Assembly: GCF_000009705.1 (NCBI RefSeq)
Contig: NC_003272.1
Location: 5,250,001 to 5,282,000, forward strand
Length of the DNA: 32,000 nucleotides
Source of the DNA: Nostoc sp. PCC 7120 = FACHB-418
Lineage (GTDB): Bacteria; Cyanobacteriota; Cyanobacteriia; Cyanobacteriales; Nostocaceae
Direction of reading: 5' to 3'
Part shown: piece by piece, positions 9,900 through 18,646 of the stretch
Numbering within the stretch: position 1 is the first letter of the stretch
Layout of the letters: each line of letters starts with the position of its first letter
Translations under genes and position numbers: made by a program
The notes under the pieces: generated by a model
The model's input: only the letters and a program-made list of their open reading frames with translations
What the model was told of the DNA's origin: nothing
Database searches by the model: none

Positions 9900-10012
9900 A
9901 TATGCTCCTATTACCTTTTAGGGCAATTTTAGTTTAAAGGACATGGTACTACCATGCCCTACATTTAAGTCTAATATCATGTCTATTTGAATACTTGTAA
10001 TATCTGTGGGGG

Positions 10013-10058
10013 TTGGTAATGGGTCATGGGTAATTGGTAATGGCAAAACACAATTACC
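10013..10058. repeat. Heptamer array (TTGGTAA/TGGGTCA/TGGGTAA/TTGGTAA) plus A-rich loop plus complementary arm CAATTACC
   Basis: Read directly. A related composite element is at 19026..19080; both share GGYAAAAMACAATTACCT. Confidence 0.65.
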
Positions 10059-10194
10059 TTTTAGCTAACGCTCACTACGGCAGCCTATTAGCTATAACTC
10101 GCTACCAATCAAGATTAAACAAAGGTAAATAATTAATATTTATTTAATATTAAAAAATAAATGGCGATCGCACTATCGCCTAATTTGGTTCAAC

Positions 10195-10234
10195 AAAAAA
10201 ATCTGGGGACAGACAAATTTGACAACGCCCCCAG
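10195..10234 (-). terminator. Candidate intrinsic terminator downstream of the Wza-like gene
   Basis: On the minus strand the sequence reads CTGGGGG ... CCCCAG followed by A-T7. The loop is large (~20 nt), so confidence is moderate. Confidence 0.45.
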
Positions 10235-10247
10235 TTTACAGCTTGTG

Positions 10248-11729
10248 TTAAAAACCAAATATCAGTCTAACTACACCCAAGAACGTACCTAAAGGCCCCG
10301 ATATCAAGCCGACGCTATCACTAGTCCTGGCTAGACCTGAGCGACCAACCACCACAATATCGTTGTTCCGGAGTATGGGATTAGTCTCTTCGTTAATTCC
10401 TTGGTTGAAATCAACTTTGATCTCACGCTTAGTCACTGAACCATTGGGGTTAAGACGCATCAACTCTACACTGGCGCTACGCGCTCTAGCGTCATTAAAT
10501 CCACCAGCCGCGAGTAGTGCTTGGTTTAAGGAGCTATTTGGTCTAATGTCTACGGCTCCTGGGCGTTTAACTTCACCTACCACACCAACCTGAATTGTAT
10601 TAGGAGACAAAGTAGTAGTTGCTAATTCCGTCGCTAGTGCTGGATTAACCTCAGTAGCAGTAGGAATCACAATTGTGTCTCCATCTTGGACAATTACGTC
10701 TTGATTAACATCACCAGTCCGCAATAGTTCCAAAAGATTGAGGTCTATCGTTTGTTCCCCTGTAGTCCTTGTCGGTCGGCGTAATTTGATCTTGGTAACA
10801 TCTGCTTGGGAAGTAATACCGCCAGCTAATTGAATTGCTCGTGTCACCGTAGGTAAACCACTACCACTAGCCCCAGCGCCACCAGCCTGAGCTTCTGTCG
10901 CACCCGCACTCACAAGATATGAGCCAGGACGATTGACTTGACCAATAATGGCTACTGTGCGGGGTGCTGTTTGGCTAGCAGCAAAGTTAGCAGCAAATAG
11001 ATTACGTGCTTCTGCTACGTTGAAGCTAGTAGCAGTTGGCACGACTATAACGTCTCCATCCCTTAAAGTAATATCTTGTGAAGAGCTACCAGTTTGGATG
11101 AGTTCCTTCAAATTTAGACTCACGATTTGCTCAGTAGAATTGCTGGTTTTACGTCTCAGCTTCACTTGAGTGACATCTGCTGCTAAGGTAACACCCTGGG
11201 CTGTGGTGAGTGCAGCCAAGACAGTGGGATATTGTACCCCTGGATTATTACCTGCACCGCCTTGCAAGCTCAAAGTGTAAGAGCCTGGGCGTGTGACCTC
11301 CCCAGCAACTAAGATATTGATGGGGCGAGGGGATAAAAGATTTACAGAAATCTGGGGACGTTTCAGAAACCTGCGATATCTGTCAGTGATCACATCAGCT
11401 GCTTGTTCTGTCGTGAACCCCTGAACAGAAACACTGCCGATTAAAGGTAAGTTGATAGCTCCACCTGGAGGAATTTGATATTCACCACCATATTCGGGAA
11501 CTTCAAATACATTTACACGAATTAGATCGCCGCCTCCCAACAAGTATTTTGTATCTACTTGTACTGGTGGTGATACTCGTTGGTTAGTAGGGGGTACTGT
11601 TTGCGAATTAGGAAATACTTGTTGTCCCTGAGCTACGCTGGCAAACGGCACAACGAGATGAGCAGCAGTTAGCAAAGCTGCACCCACAGCTGGCTGTGAT
11701 AGAAATTTCAGCGAACCTGTGTTAAGCAT
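10248..11729 (-). CDS. Polysaccharide export protein (Wza/KpsD-like; Poly_export domain plus three SLBB-type repeats)
   Basis: 493-aa ORF with a signal peptide. Poly_export-like sequence is present (GDLIRVNVFEVPEYGGEYQIPPGGAINLPLIGSVSVQGFT). Three repeats begin with G(E/Q)V.RPG, and two of them are obviously duplicated (KLRR....EQ...LNL.EL..TG...QD....DGD.IV.PTAT). Confidence 0.85.
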   Translation of the reverse strand: MLNTGSLKFLSQPAVGAALLTAAHLVVPFASVAQGQQVFPNSQTVPPTNQRVSPPVQVDTKYLLGGGDLIRVNVFEVPEYGGEYQIPPGGAINLPLIGSVSVQGFTTEQAADVITDRYRRFLKRPQISVNLLSPRPINILVAGEVTRPGSYTLSLQGGAGNNPGVQYPTVLAALTTAQGVTLAADVTQVKLRRKTSNSTEQIVSLNLKELIQTGSSSQDITLRDGDVIVVPTATSFNVAEARNLFAANFAASQTAPRTVAIIGQVNRPGSYLVSAGATEAQAGGAGASGSGLPTVTRAIQLAGGITSQADVTKIKLRRPTRTTGEQTIDLNLLELLRTGDVNQDVIVQDGDTIVIPTATEVNPALATELATTTLSPNTIQVGVVGEVKRPGAVDIRPNSSLNQALLAAGGFNDARARSASVELMRLNPNGSVTKREIKVDFNQGINEETNPILRNNDIVVVGRSGLARTSDSVGLISGPLGTFLGVVRLIFGF

Positions 11730-12041
11730 ATTTTTTAAACTCTGAGACTACCATCGGTAAAGTATTGTCTAAACATTTTAATCTTGACTATACTTAAGTA
11801 TTGAAGTTTCCCGACAATTCTCATTTTCCTAGAAAAACTATCTTAATCCGGTCAAATATTTTTTCCCAAGTTTGAATTTTTAGTAAAGTTACAGTAAAAG
11901 TTGCCTGATTTTACTAAACAACATCTGTGAATATAATTTTCACATTAGTATTTTTGCTGAGATATAGCTGTTGACAGACTTGAAATCATTGTGTTGTCCA
12001 GGTTTTATCTTAGCTTGATGTCCTAGTCTGTCTAGCTACGG

Positions 12042-13049
12042 CTATACTTCTGATTGATCAATTACTTCATGCAAAGATGTGTCTTGTTTTTGAATCTGGT
12101 TGATAAAAAATTCTTCTAAAGATTGACGAGATAAATTCATAGAAATAATTCGCCCACCCATTAGACGCACGCTAGCTAGGAAATCATAATAATCTTCTTG
12201 CAGTGTGCCTTGCCAATAACCATCAGGTTCATATACTAAATTTGCCAGCCATTTTTTGAGAATTTCCCAATCACCATTTTGACCTTGAACATGATATGTG
12301 TTCTGACTACCCAGTAGTTCATCCAGAGAACCAGAGCAAACTAATTCACCTTGTGAAAGAATGGCAATGCGATCGCATATTTTCTCCACTTCACTGAGAA
12401 TATGGCTATTGAAGAAAATCGTCTTACCTGCGGCTTTCAGCGACAAGATAATTTCCCGCATCCGGTAGCGTCCCAAAGGATCTAAACCAGACATGGGTTC
12501 GTCCAAAAATATTAATTCTGGATCGTTAATTAGTGCCTGAGCCATGCCAACACGCTGTAGCATTCCTTTGGAATAGCGGCGCATCTGTTTTTTTTGGGCA
12601 TCAGCTACAGATAAACCCACCAAATCCAATAATTCAGGAATGCGTTGACGTTGCACACTGGCAGGAATTTCAAACAAACCAGCCGCTAACTCTAAAAACT
12701 CCCAACCAGTAAGATATTCATACAAGTAAGGATTTTCACTCAAATAACCAACACGTTGCTTGATATGGCGATCGCCTAATGGCTGACCCAACAATAACCC
12801 TTTTCCACCGCTTGGACGGATAATTCCCAACAATAGCTTTAACAAAGTAGTTTTACCTGCACCATTCGGCCCCAGTAAACCAAAAGTTTCCCCCTGGTAA
12901 ACCGTTAAAGAACAGCCCTTGAGGGAAACAACTTTTTGATTCATCCAAAAGCCGGTGCGATAAACTTTTCGCAAATCAGAAGTCATCACTACCGACGGGG
13001 TATTTTTGGTAGTTAATTGAAAATCCGGGGTGTCTGTAAAAGACTGCAT
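12042..13049 (-). CDS. ABC transporter ATP-binding protein (ABC-2/DrrA-like exporter ATPase), no adjacent permease
   Basis: Walker A GPNGAGKTT, signature variant YSKGMLQR, Walker B LIFLDEP and an H-loop NSH are present, with a ~90-aa C-terminal extra domain. Confidence 0.9.
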   Translation of the reverse strand: MQSFTDTPDFQLTTKNTPSVVMTSDLRKVYRTGFWMNQKVVSLKGCSLTVYQGETFGLLGPNGAGKTTLLKLLLGIIRPSGGKGLLLGQPLGDRHIKQRVGYLSENPYLYEYLTGWEFLELAAGLFEIPASVQRQRIPELLDLVGLSVADAQKKQMRRYSKGMLQRVGMAQALINDPELIFLDEPMSGLDPLGRYRMREIILSLKAAGKTIFFNSHILSEVEKICDRIAILSQGELVCSGSLDELLGSQNTYHVQGQNGDWEILKKWLANLVYEPDGYWQGTLQEDYYDFLASVRLMGGRIISMNLSRQSLEEFFINQIQKQDTSLHEVIDQSEV

Positions 13050-13150
13050 TGGGTGTTAATTAACAAATACTAGTGATTACGCAGCATTGGTTATAAAGTA
13101 CCCAAGAAGATCAGCGCGATCGCTACTGGTTTGTTAATTGTTGCGAATTT

Positions 13151-13233
13151 TGGGGATTGGGGACTGGGGATTGGGGACTGGTGACTGGGGATTGGGGATT
13201 TCTGCTCCCTGCCCCTGCTCCCTGCCCCCTGCT
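13151..13233. repeat. STRR1-type heptamer array (TGGGGAT/TGGGGAC x7) followed by a CTGCTCC/CTGCCCC heptamer array
   Basis: Read directly. Seven perfect-phase heptamers span 13151..13199, and C-rich heptamers run to about 13233. Confidence 0.85.
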
Positions 13234-13235
13234 GT

Positions 13236-13865
13236 TTACAAAACCCCCTTAGAGCTAGGAATCGTCCCAGCGCGGCGAGGATCGACTTCTATAGCCATTC
13301 TGGCTGCTCTGGCAAAGGCTTTGAAGGTCGCCTCAATAATGTGATGGGAATTAATGCCATCTAATTGGCGAATGTGCAGAGTCATTTGGCTATGGTTGAC
13401 TAATGCCACAAAAAATTCTCTAACTAATTGGGTGTCATAAGTTCCCACACGTTCCGTAGGAATTTGTAAGCCATAGCTGAGGTGAGGACGACCAGAAAAA
13501 TCCAATGCTACCTGTACTAAAGCTTCGTCTAAAGGTGCTAGGAAATTACCAAAGCGGACTATACCTTTTCTGTCGCCTAATGCCTTAGCCAAAGCTTGAC
13601 CTAAAGTAATACCCACATCTTCATTTGTGTGGTGGTCATCAATTTCCCAATCTCCTTTGGCTTGGACATCCAAATCAATCAAGCCGTGGGAGGAAATTTG
13701 ATGCAGCATATGATCTAAAAAGGGAATGCCAGTAGCTGCCTTACAAATTCCCGTACCATCCAAATTGACAGTAACTTGTACATTTGTTTCCCCAGTGATG
13801 CGATGCACTGAAGCAATCCGAGGAACTGAGGACAAATTAAGTTGGGGATAATCGCTGATTTGCAT
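13236..13865 (-). CDS. hisB: Imidazoleglycerol-phosphate dehydratase
   Basis: Motifs [23 protein letters not shown] and [14 protein letters not shown] are present. Confidence 0.94.
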   Translation of the reverse strand: MQISDYPQLNLSSVPRIASVHRITGETNVQVTVNLDGTGICKAATGIPFLDHMLHQISSHGLIDLDVQAKGDWEIDDHHTNEDVGITLGQALAKALGDRKGIVRFGNFLAPLDEALVQVALDFSGRPHLSYGLQIPTERVGTYDTQLVREFFVALVNHSQMTLHIRQLDGINSHHIIEATFKAFARAARMAIEVDPRRAGTIPSSKGVL

Positions 13866-13871
13866 AGAGGC

Positions 13872-14001
13872 TAGGGATTAGGGATTGGGGATCGGGGATT
13901 GGGGACTGGGCATATAAGGAAAAAGTGGTGAAAAAATCATTCTTTTTCCACCTTGTTTGTTCCTCATACCTAATCCCCAATCCCTAATACCCAGTACCCA
14001 G
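13872..14001. repeat. Inverted pair of STRR1-type heptamer arrays flanking an inner hairpin (fabI-hisB intergenic)
   Basis: The left array TAGGGAT TAGGGAT TGGGGAT CGGGGAT TGGGGAC lies at 13872..13910. The complementary array CCTAATC CCCAATC CCTAATA CCCAGTA lies at 13969..14001. The inner stem is GGAAAAAG ... CTTTTTCC. Confidence 0.75.
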
Positions 14002-14007
14002 ATTTTA

Positions 14008-14784
14008 TTACATCCCCATGATTTCGTATCCTGCATCTACGTACAGGACTTGACCAGTAATACCGCTAGCTAAATCACTAGCCAAGAAAGCGGCTGTATT
14101 GCCCACTTCTAGCTGAGTCACAGTCCGACGTAAGGGGGCTACTTGCTCCACATGATGAATCATATCTAAAATGCCACCAACGGCACTAGAAGCCAAGGTG
14201 CGGATGGGGCCAGCAGAGATGGCGTTAACGCGAATATTTTGAGAGCCGAGTTCAGATGCTAGATAACGTACACTAGCTTCTAATCCGGCTTTGGCTACTC
14301 CCATAACGTTGTAGTTAGGAACAGCTCTAACACCACCCAAATATGACAAAGTAATAATACTACCGCCTTCAGTCATTAGGGGTTTAGCCGCACCACTTAA
14401 CTGCACCAGTGAAAAAGTGCTGATATCTAAAGCCGTGGCAAAACCAGCACGAGATGTTTGGCTAAAATCTCCAGTCAAATCATCTCTGTTAGCAAAGGCT
14501 AGACAATGAATCAGAATATCTAACCTGCCCCATTTATCGCGGATGGTATCAAAAGTAGACTGAATTTGTTCATCATTTTGAACATTACAAGGCAAGAATA
14601 AGCTGGGGTTAAGGGGTTCTACGAGTTCTGAAACTTTCTTCTCAAATTTGCCACGTTCATCTGGTAGATAAGTAATACCAAGGTTAGCTCCGGCTGCGTG
14701 CAGTTGTTGGGCAATTCCCCAGGCAATGGAACGATTATTGGCGATACCTGTAACCAAGGCATTTTTTCCAGTCAGATTCAGCAT
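14008..14784 (-). CDS. fabI: Enoyl-[acyl-carrier-protein] reductase (NADH)
   Basis: Motifs GKNALVTGIANNRSIAWGIA and Y-x6-K (YNVMGVAKAGLE) are present. The start MLNLTGK (14784) is preferred, by analogy with typical FabI N-termini, over the upstream ATG at 14802. Confidence 0.92.
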   Translation of the reverse strand: MLNLTGKNALVTGIANNRSIAWGIAQQLHAAGANLGITYLPDERGKFEKKVSELVEPLNPSLFLPCNVQNDEQIQSTFDTIRDKWGRLDILIHCLAFANRDDLTGDFSQTSRAGFATALDISTFSLVQLSGAAKPLMTEGGSIITLSYLGGVRAVPNYNVMGVAKAGLEASVRYLASELGSQNIRVNAISAGPIRTLASSAVGGILDMIHHVEQVAPLRRTVTQLEVGNTAAFLASDLASGITGQVLYVDAGYEIMGM

Positions 14785-15028
14785 AGAGATTTTTGTTGTC
14801 ATTAATGTGATCGATTCATTTGTACAGCTTGACAGAAATCACTACCCAGTAGAAGAGGTAATCAAGCTATGTTGGGAATTTTCTTGCTGTTTAACTCGAA
14901 AGAATGTCTAGGGGACAGGAGGAGAGCAAGAGAGGCAAGGTAGGCCAGGGAGGAAAGAGGTTCAGAATTTTTCTTTTCCCCCTTACTCAAGAACAGCCTG
15001 CCTGAACCAAGATAGGACTTAGGCAATC

Positions 15029-15068
15029 TATACCCCTATACCCCTATACCCCTATACCCCTACACCCT
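15029..15068. repeat. Octamer tandem repeat TATACCCC x4 plus a degenerate fifth unit
   Basis: Read directly in the fabI-ntcA intergenic region. Confidence 0.85.
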
Positions 15069-15302
15069 TATCCAAACCCTTTATCTTTGTTTTATACATG
15101 GTTAGCAAAAATGATGATTATTAAGGGCGTTTTTTAGAATAAAATGTTTGTTATTTCTTAAGATATTTTCAAGATTACTTAATTTTTTCTGCAAAAAACC
15201 TGATGGTTAGAGAAAGTAGAAGTATCTATCAAGAACTGCTAGCTAAAAATAGCAAAAGTTGGGTATCATTATGAACAAATAACCATAAAGTTGTACGTTT
15301 GA

Positions 15303-15316
15303 GTATAGGAAAGTAC
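15303..15316 (+). promoter_or_regulatory. Perfect NtcA-type box GTA-N8-TAC upstream of ntcA
   Basis: GTATAGGAAAGTAC ends 97 nt upstream of the ntcA ATG. An overlapping GTA-N8-TAT (15293..15306) sits 10 bp upstream. The GTAN8TAC consensus and ntcA autoregulation are established for Anabaena. Confidence 0.55.
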
Positions 15317-15412
15317 AGAAAGGTTAACGGTGCTTTATTGATTTTTCAGGTGTATTCTTAGGTAATTAGTTTTTAGTTTTTTGTTATTCCGGCATTGGGT
15401 AGGGGAAGGGAG

Positions 15413-16084
15413 ATGATCGTGACACAAGATAAGGCCCTAGCAAATGTTTTTCGTCAGATGGCAACCGGAGCTTTTCCTCCTGTTGTCGAAACGTTTGAAC
15501 GCAATAAAACGATCTTTTTTCCTGGCGATCCTGCCGAACGAGTCTACTTTCTTTTGAAAGGGGCTGTGAAACTTTCCAGGGTGTACGAGGCAGGAGAAGA
15601 GATTACAGTAGCACTACTACGGGAAAATAGCGTTTTTGGTGTCCTGTCTTTGTTGACAGGAAACAAGTCGGATAGGTTTTACCATGCGGTGGCATTTACT
15701 CCAGTAGAATTGCTTTCTGCACCAATTGAACAAGTGGAGCAAGCACTGAAGGAAAATCCTGAATTATCGATGTTGATGCTGCGGGGTCTGTCTTCGCGGA
15801 TTCTACAAACAGAGATGATGATTGAAACCTTAGCGCACCGAGATATGGGTTCGAGATTGGTGAGTTTTCTGTTAATTCTCTGTCGTGATTTTGGTGTTCC
15901 TTGTGCAGATGGAATCACAATTGATTTAAAGTTATCTCATCAGGCGATCGCCGAAGCAATTGGCTCTACTCGCGTTACTGTTACTAGGCTACTAGGGGAT
16001 TTGCGGGAGAAAAAGATGATTTCCATCCACAAAAAGAAGATTACTGTGCATAAACCTGTGACTCTCAGCAGACAGTTCACTTAA
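15413..16084 (+). CDS. ntcA: Global nitrogen regulator NtcA (CRP/FNR family)
   Basis: The 223-aa product [39 protein letters not shown]... matches Anabaena/Nostoc NtcA as I recall it. A C-terminal HTH is present ([23 protein letters not shown]). The upstream TTG at 15395 in the ORF track is not needed. Confidence 0.96.
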
Positions 16085-16413
16085 AGAAGAATAGCAGGAG
16101 TCAGAATTCAGAATGTGGCTAACTATTAGCACAGGCTAAATCCTACTCATTATAGATTTAGTTGGTTTCTTCAATCCGTTTATTTAACTCAAAGTGACGG
16201 TGAACCCATACTGAAATTCTGGCTCTTGCCTTCTGCACTCTTTAAACAATTGGAACCATCAGAGGTGGTACGTGTTATATTTTTCTCAATGACACCCATA
16301 GTTAGAAGTAAATCGAAAATCTTGAGTAACTTCAGCTATTCCCACCCTCCCATCCTCCACAAAGAATGATTGAAAGTAGTAGGCTGTATCTGGACTCAAT
16401 TGGGTAGCTGAAG

Positions 16414-17904
16414 ATGACCACTGGGTACATCCTCATAGCAGCAATTTTAATTTTGGGAGGTGTAATTGCCACTGTTGGCGATCGCATCGGCACAAGAGTT
16501 GGCAAAGCACGCCTCTCTCTGTTTAATCTACGCCCCAAAAACACGGCTGTACTGGTGACAATTTTGACAGGAGGACTAGTTTCAGCAACTACCTTGGCAA
16601 TCTTATTCATTGCTGACGAAGGACTACGTAAAGGGGTTTTCGAGTTAGAAGATATTCAAAAAGACCTCAGGCAAAAACGAGAACAGCTCAAAGTCGCAGA
16701 AGAGCAAAAAACTCAGGTGGAAATTGAACGTAATAAAGTTAATCAAGAGCTAGAAACCACCAGAACAGATAAAAAACAGGTAGAAACTCAGCGCGACCAA
16801 GCCAAAAAAGAAAAATTAAAAGCACAGCAAGATTTAGCGCAAACCCAAGCACAATACCAGCGCACCCAAAGCCGACTGGGACAAGTAGTTACACAATATC
16901 AAAAAGCGATCGCTGAACTGCAAAGCGTTTACAATCAAAGAAAAGCCTTACAAGGGGCAGTGGAACAACTCAAGACAGAACGCCGCAGGTTATATGCTGA
17001 AGCTAAAAAAGCCATAGAACAACGGGACAGAGAACTAGCTAACCGTCAACAAGCGATAGAACAACGGGACAGAGAACTAGCTAACCGTCAACAAGCACTA
17101 CAACAGCGCGACCAGAAAATTTCCCAACTAGATAAAATAATTCAAAATCGTAACTTGGAAATTGCACAGCGAGAAGAGGTAATTGCCAAACGAGAGTCAC
17201 GGCTCAAAGAATTAGAAACACAACAGGACTATTTAGAGCAGGAAGTGGCGCGGCTGGAGAAATATTACCAGTCATACCGCGACTTACGTTTAGGCAAACT
17301 AGCATTAGTTCGCGGTCAAGTTTTGGCCTCTGCTGTTATTCGGACTAATCAGGTAGCGGCTACACGTCAGATAATTATCCAACTACTGCAAGAAGCTAAC
17401 CGCAACGCCAGTTTAGAATTAAGCGAACCTGGGTCAAACTCGGCAAATATAGAACTACTACGTATTACCCCAGATAGAATTGAGCAGCTGATTCAGCAAA
17501 TTAATGATGGTCGAGAATATGTAGTCAGAATATTCTCAGCTGGTAATTACGTCAGAGGAGAAAACCAGATAGAATTTTTTGCTGATACAGCTAGAAATGT
17601 GCTGGTATTTTCTGGAAGTGAAGTTTTGGCTACAACTACAGCCGATCCTCGTAGTATGACCTCTTATCAATTACGACAACGGTTAGATTTATTAATTTCC
17701 GCTTCCCAATTTCGTGCTAGGAATGCGGGAATTGTTGAAGGTGTGCAAATAGATGGTACTTTTCTGCGCTTCGTTTCCTTGTTGCGTCAGTTAGATCAAC
17801 CAATAGAAATTAAAGCGATCGCTGCTGAAGATACTTATACAGCAGGGCCATTGAGAGTGCGATTGGTAGCAATCCAAAATGGCAAAGTTATTTTGAGTAC
17901 TTAA
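16414..17904 (+). CDS. Membrane-anchored coiled-coil protein (DUF3084-like), function unknown
   Basis: 496-aa ORF with two N-terminal TM segments and about 230 aa of heptad-rich Q/E/R/K coiled coil. The C-terminal part is a globular domain. Confidence 0.7.
   Translation: MTTGYILIAAILILGGVIATVGDRIGTRVGKARLSLFNLRPKNTAVLVTILTGGLVSATTLAILFIADEGLRKGVFELEDIQKDLRQKREQLKVAEEQKTQVEIERNKVNQELETTRTDKKQVETQRDQAKKEKLKAQQDLAQTQAQYQRTQSRLGQVVTQYQKAIAELQSVYNQRKALQGAVEQLKTERRRLYAEAKKAIEQRDRELANRQQAIEQRDRELANRQQALQQRDQKISQLDKIIQNRNLEIAQREEVIAKRESRLKELETQQDYLEQEVARLEKYYQSYRDLRLGKLALVRGQVLASAVIRTNQVAATRQIIIQLLQEANRNASLELSEPGSNSANIELLRITPDRIEQLIQQINDGREYVVRIFSAGNYVRGENQIEFFADTARNVLVFSGSEVLATTTADPRSMTSYQLRQRLDLLISASQFRARNAGIVEGVQIDGTFLRFVSLLRQLDQPIEIKAIAAEDTYTAGPLRVRLVAIQNGKVILST
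17014..17097 (+). repeat. Near-perfect 42-bp tandem duplication inside the coiled-coil CDS
   Basis: Units 17014..17055 and 17056..17097 are identical at 41 of 42 positions. They encode AIEQRDRELANRQQ twice, in frame. Confidence 0.95.
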
Positions 17905-18167
17905 ATGAAAAAATTAGGGAGTGAGCAATTCAAAATATTAAATAACTGCCAAGGATTAAGGGTAACGAGAGAGTTGTGTAATTAAAATACTAGAAATATA
18001 TAGCTGGGGACTGGGGACTGGGTGAAAAGTCTTTTTGTGTCTAGGTCGTATCATCTTATTGATGTCCTAACACTACTGGCAACAGCTATATTAAAAATAT
18101 TTAATTAATCAATAAATATATTTATCGAGATTTATTTGTATTCTGAATAATTATTTTTGGACTTATT

Positions 18168-18614
18168 ATGACTTTAAGTGCATTTTCTCCCACACAACCA
18201 GTTATTTTAGGTTTTGACCCAGGTAAAGATAAATGTGGTTTAGCGGTGATGGGATTGGATCGGCAACTATACTATCATCAAGTAGTCGCTTCCGCAGATG
18301 CGATCGCCATCATTAATACCCTAAGACAACAGTTTCCCATTTCCATGCTAGTTATGGGCAATCAGACCACAGCCAAACGCTGGAAACAGCAACTACAGCA
18401 AGAATTAGCTGAAGCATTAAATATTGTCTTAGTAGACGAGCGTTATAGTACCTTAGAGGCACGCGATCGCTATTGGCAGATGTATCCTCCTAAAGGACTA
18501 ACCAAGCTACTACCCCACGGAATGCGTCAACCTCCACGCCCAATAGATGATATTGTGGCTATCCTCTTAATCGAAAGATACCTAAATCGCCTCACAGAAT
18601 CGGTTAATGGTTAA
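18168..18614 (+). CDS. RNase H-fold nuclease, YqgF/RuvX-like (Holliday-junction-resolvase-like)
   Basis: 148-aa ORF with N-terminal ILGFDPGKDKCGLAV and VDERYSTLEA motifs, which resemble the YqgF/RuvX catalytic motifs. Assignment is from memory. Confidence 0.5.
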   Translation: MTLSAFSPTQPVILGFDPGKDKCGLAVMGLDRQLYYHQVVASADAIAIINTLRQQFPISMLVMGNQTTAKRWKQQLQQELAEALNIVLVDERYSTLEARDRYWQMYPPKGLTKLLPHGMRQPPRPIDDIVAILLIERYLNRLTESVNG

Positions 18615-18646
18615 TATATTTTCTCCTCCTGTCTCCTGCCTAATTT

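Noticed and set aside
13138-13344. 68-aa plus-strand ORF (MLRILGIGDWGLGTGDWGLG...)
   Set aside because: It is a translation of the STRR heptamer arrays that runs antisense into the hisB 3' end. It is a repeat artefact.
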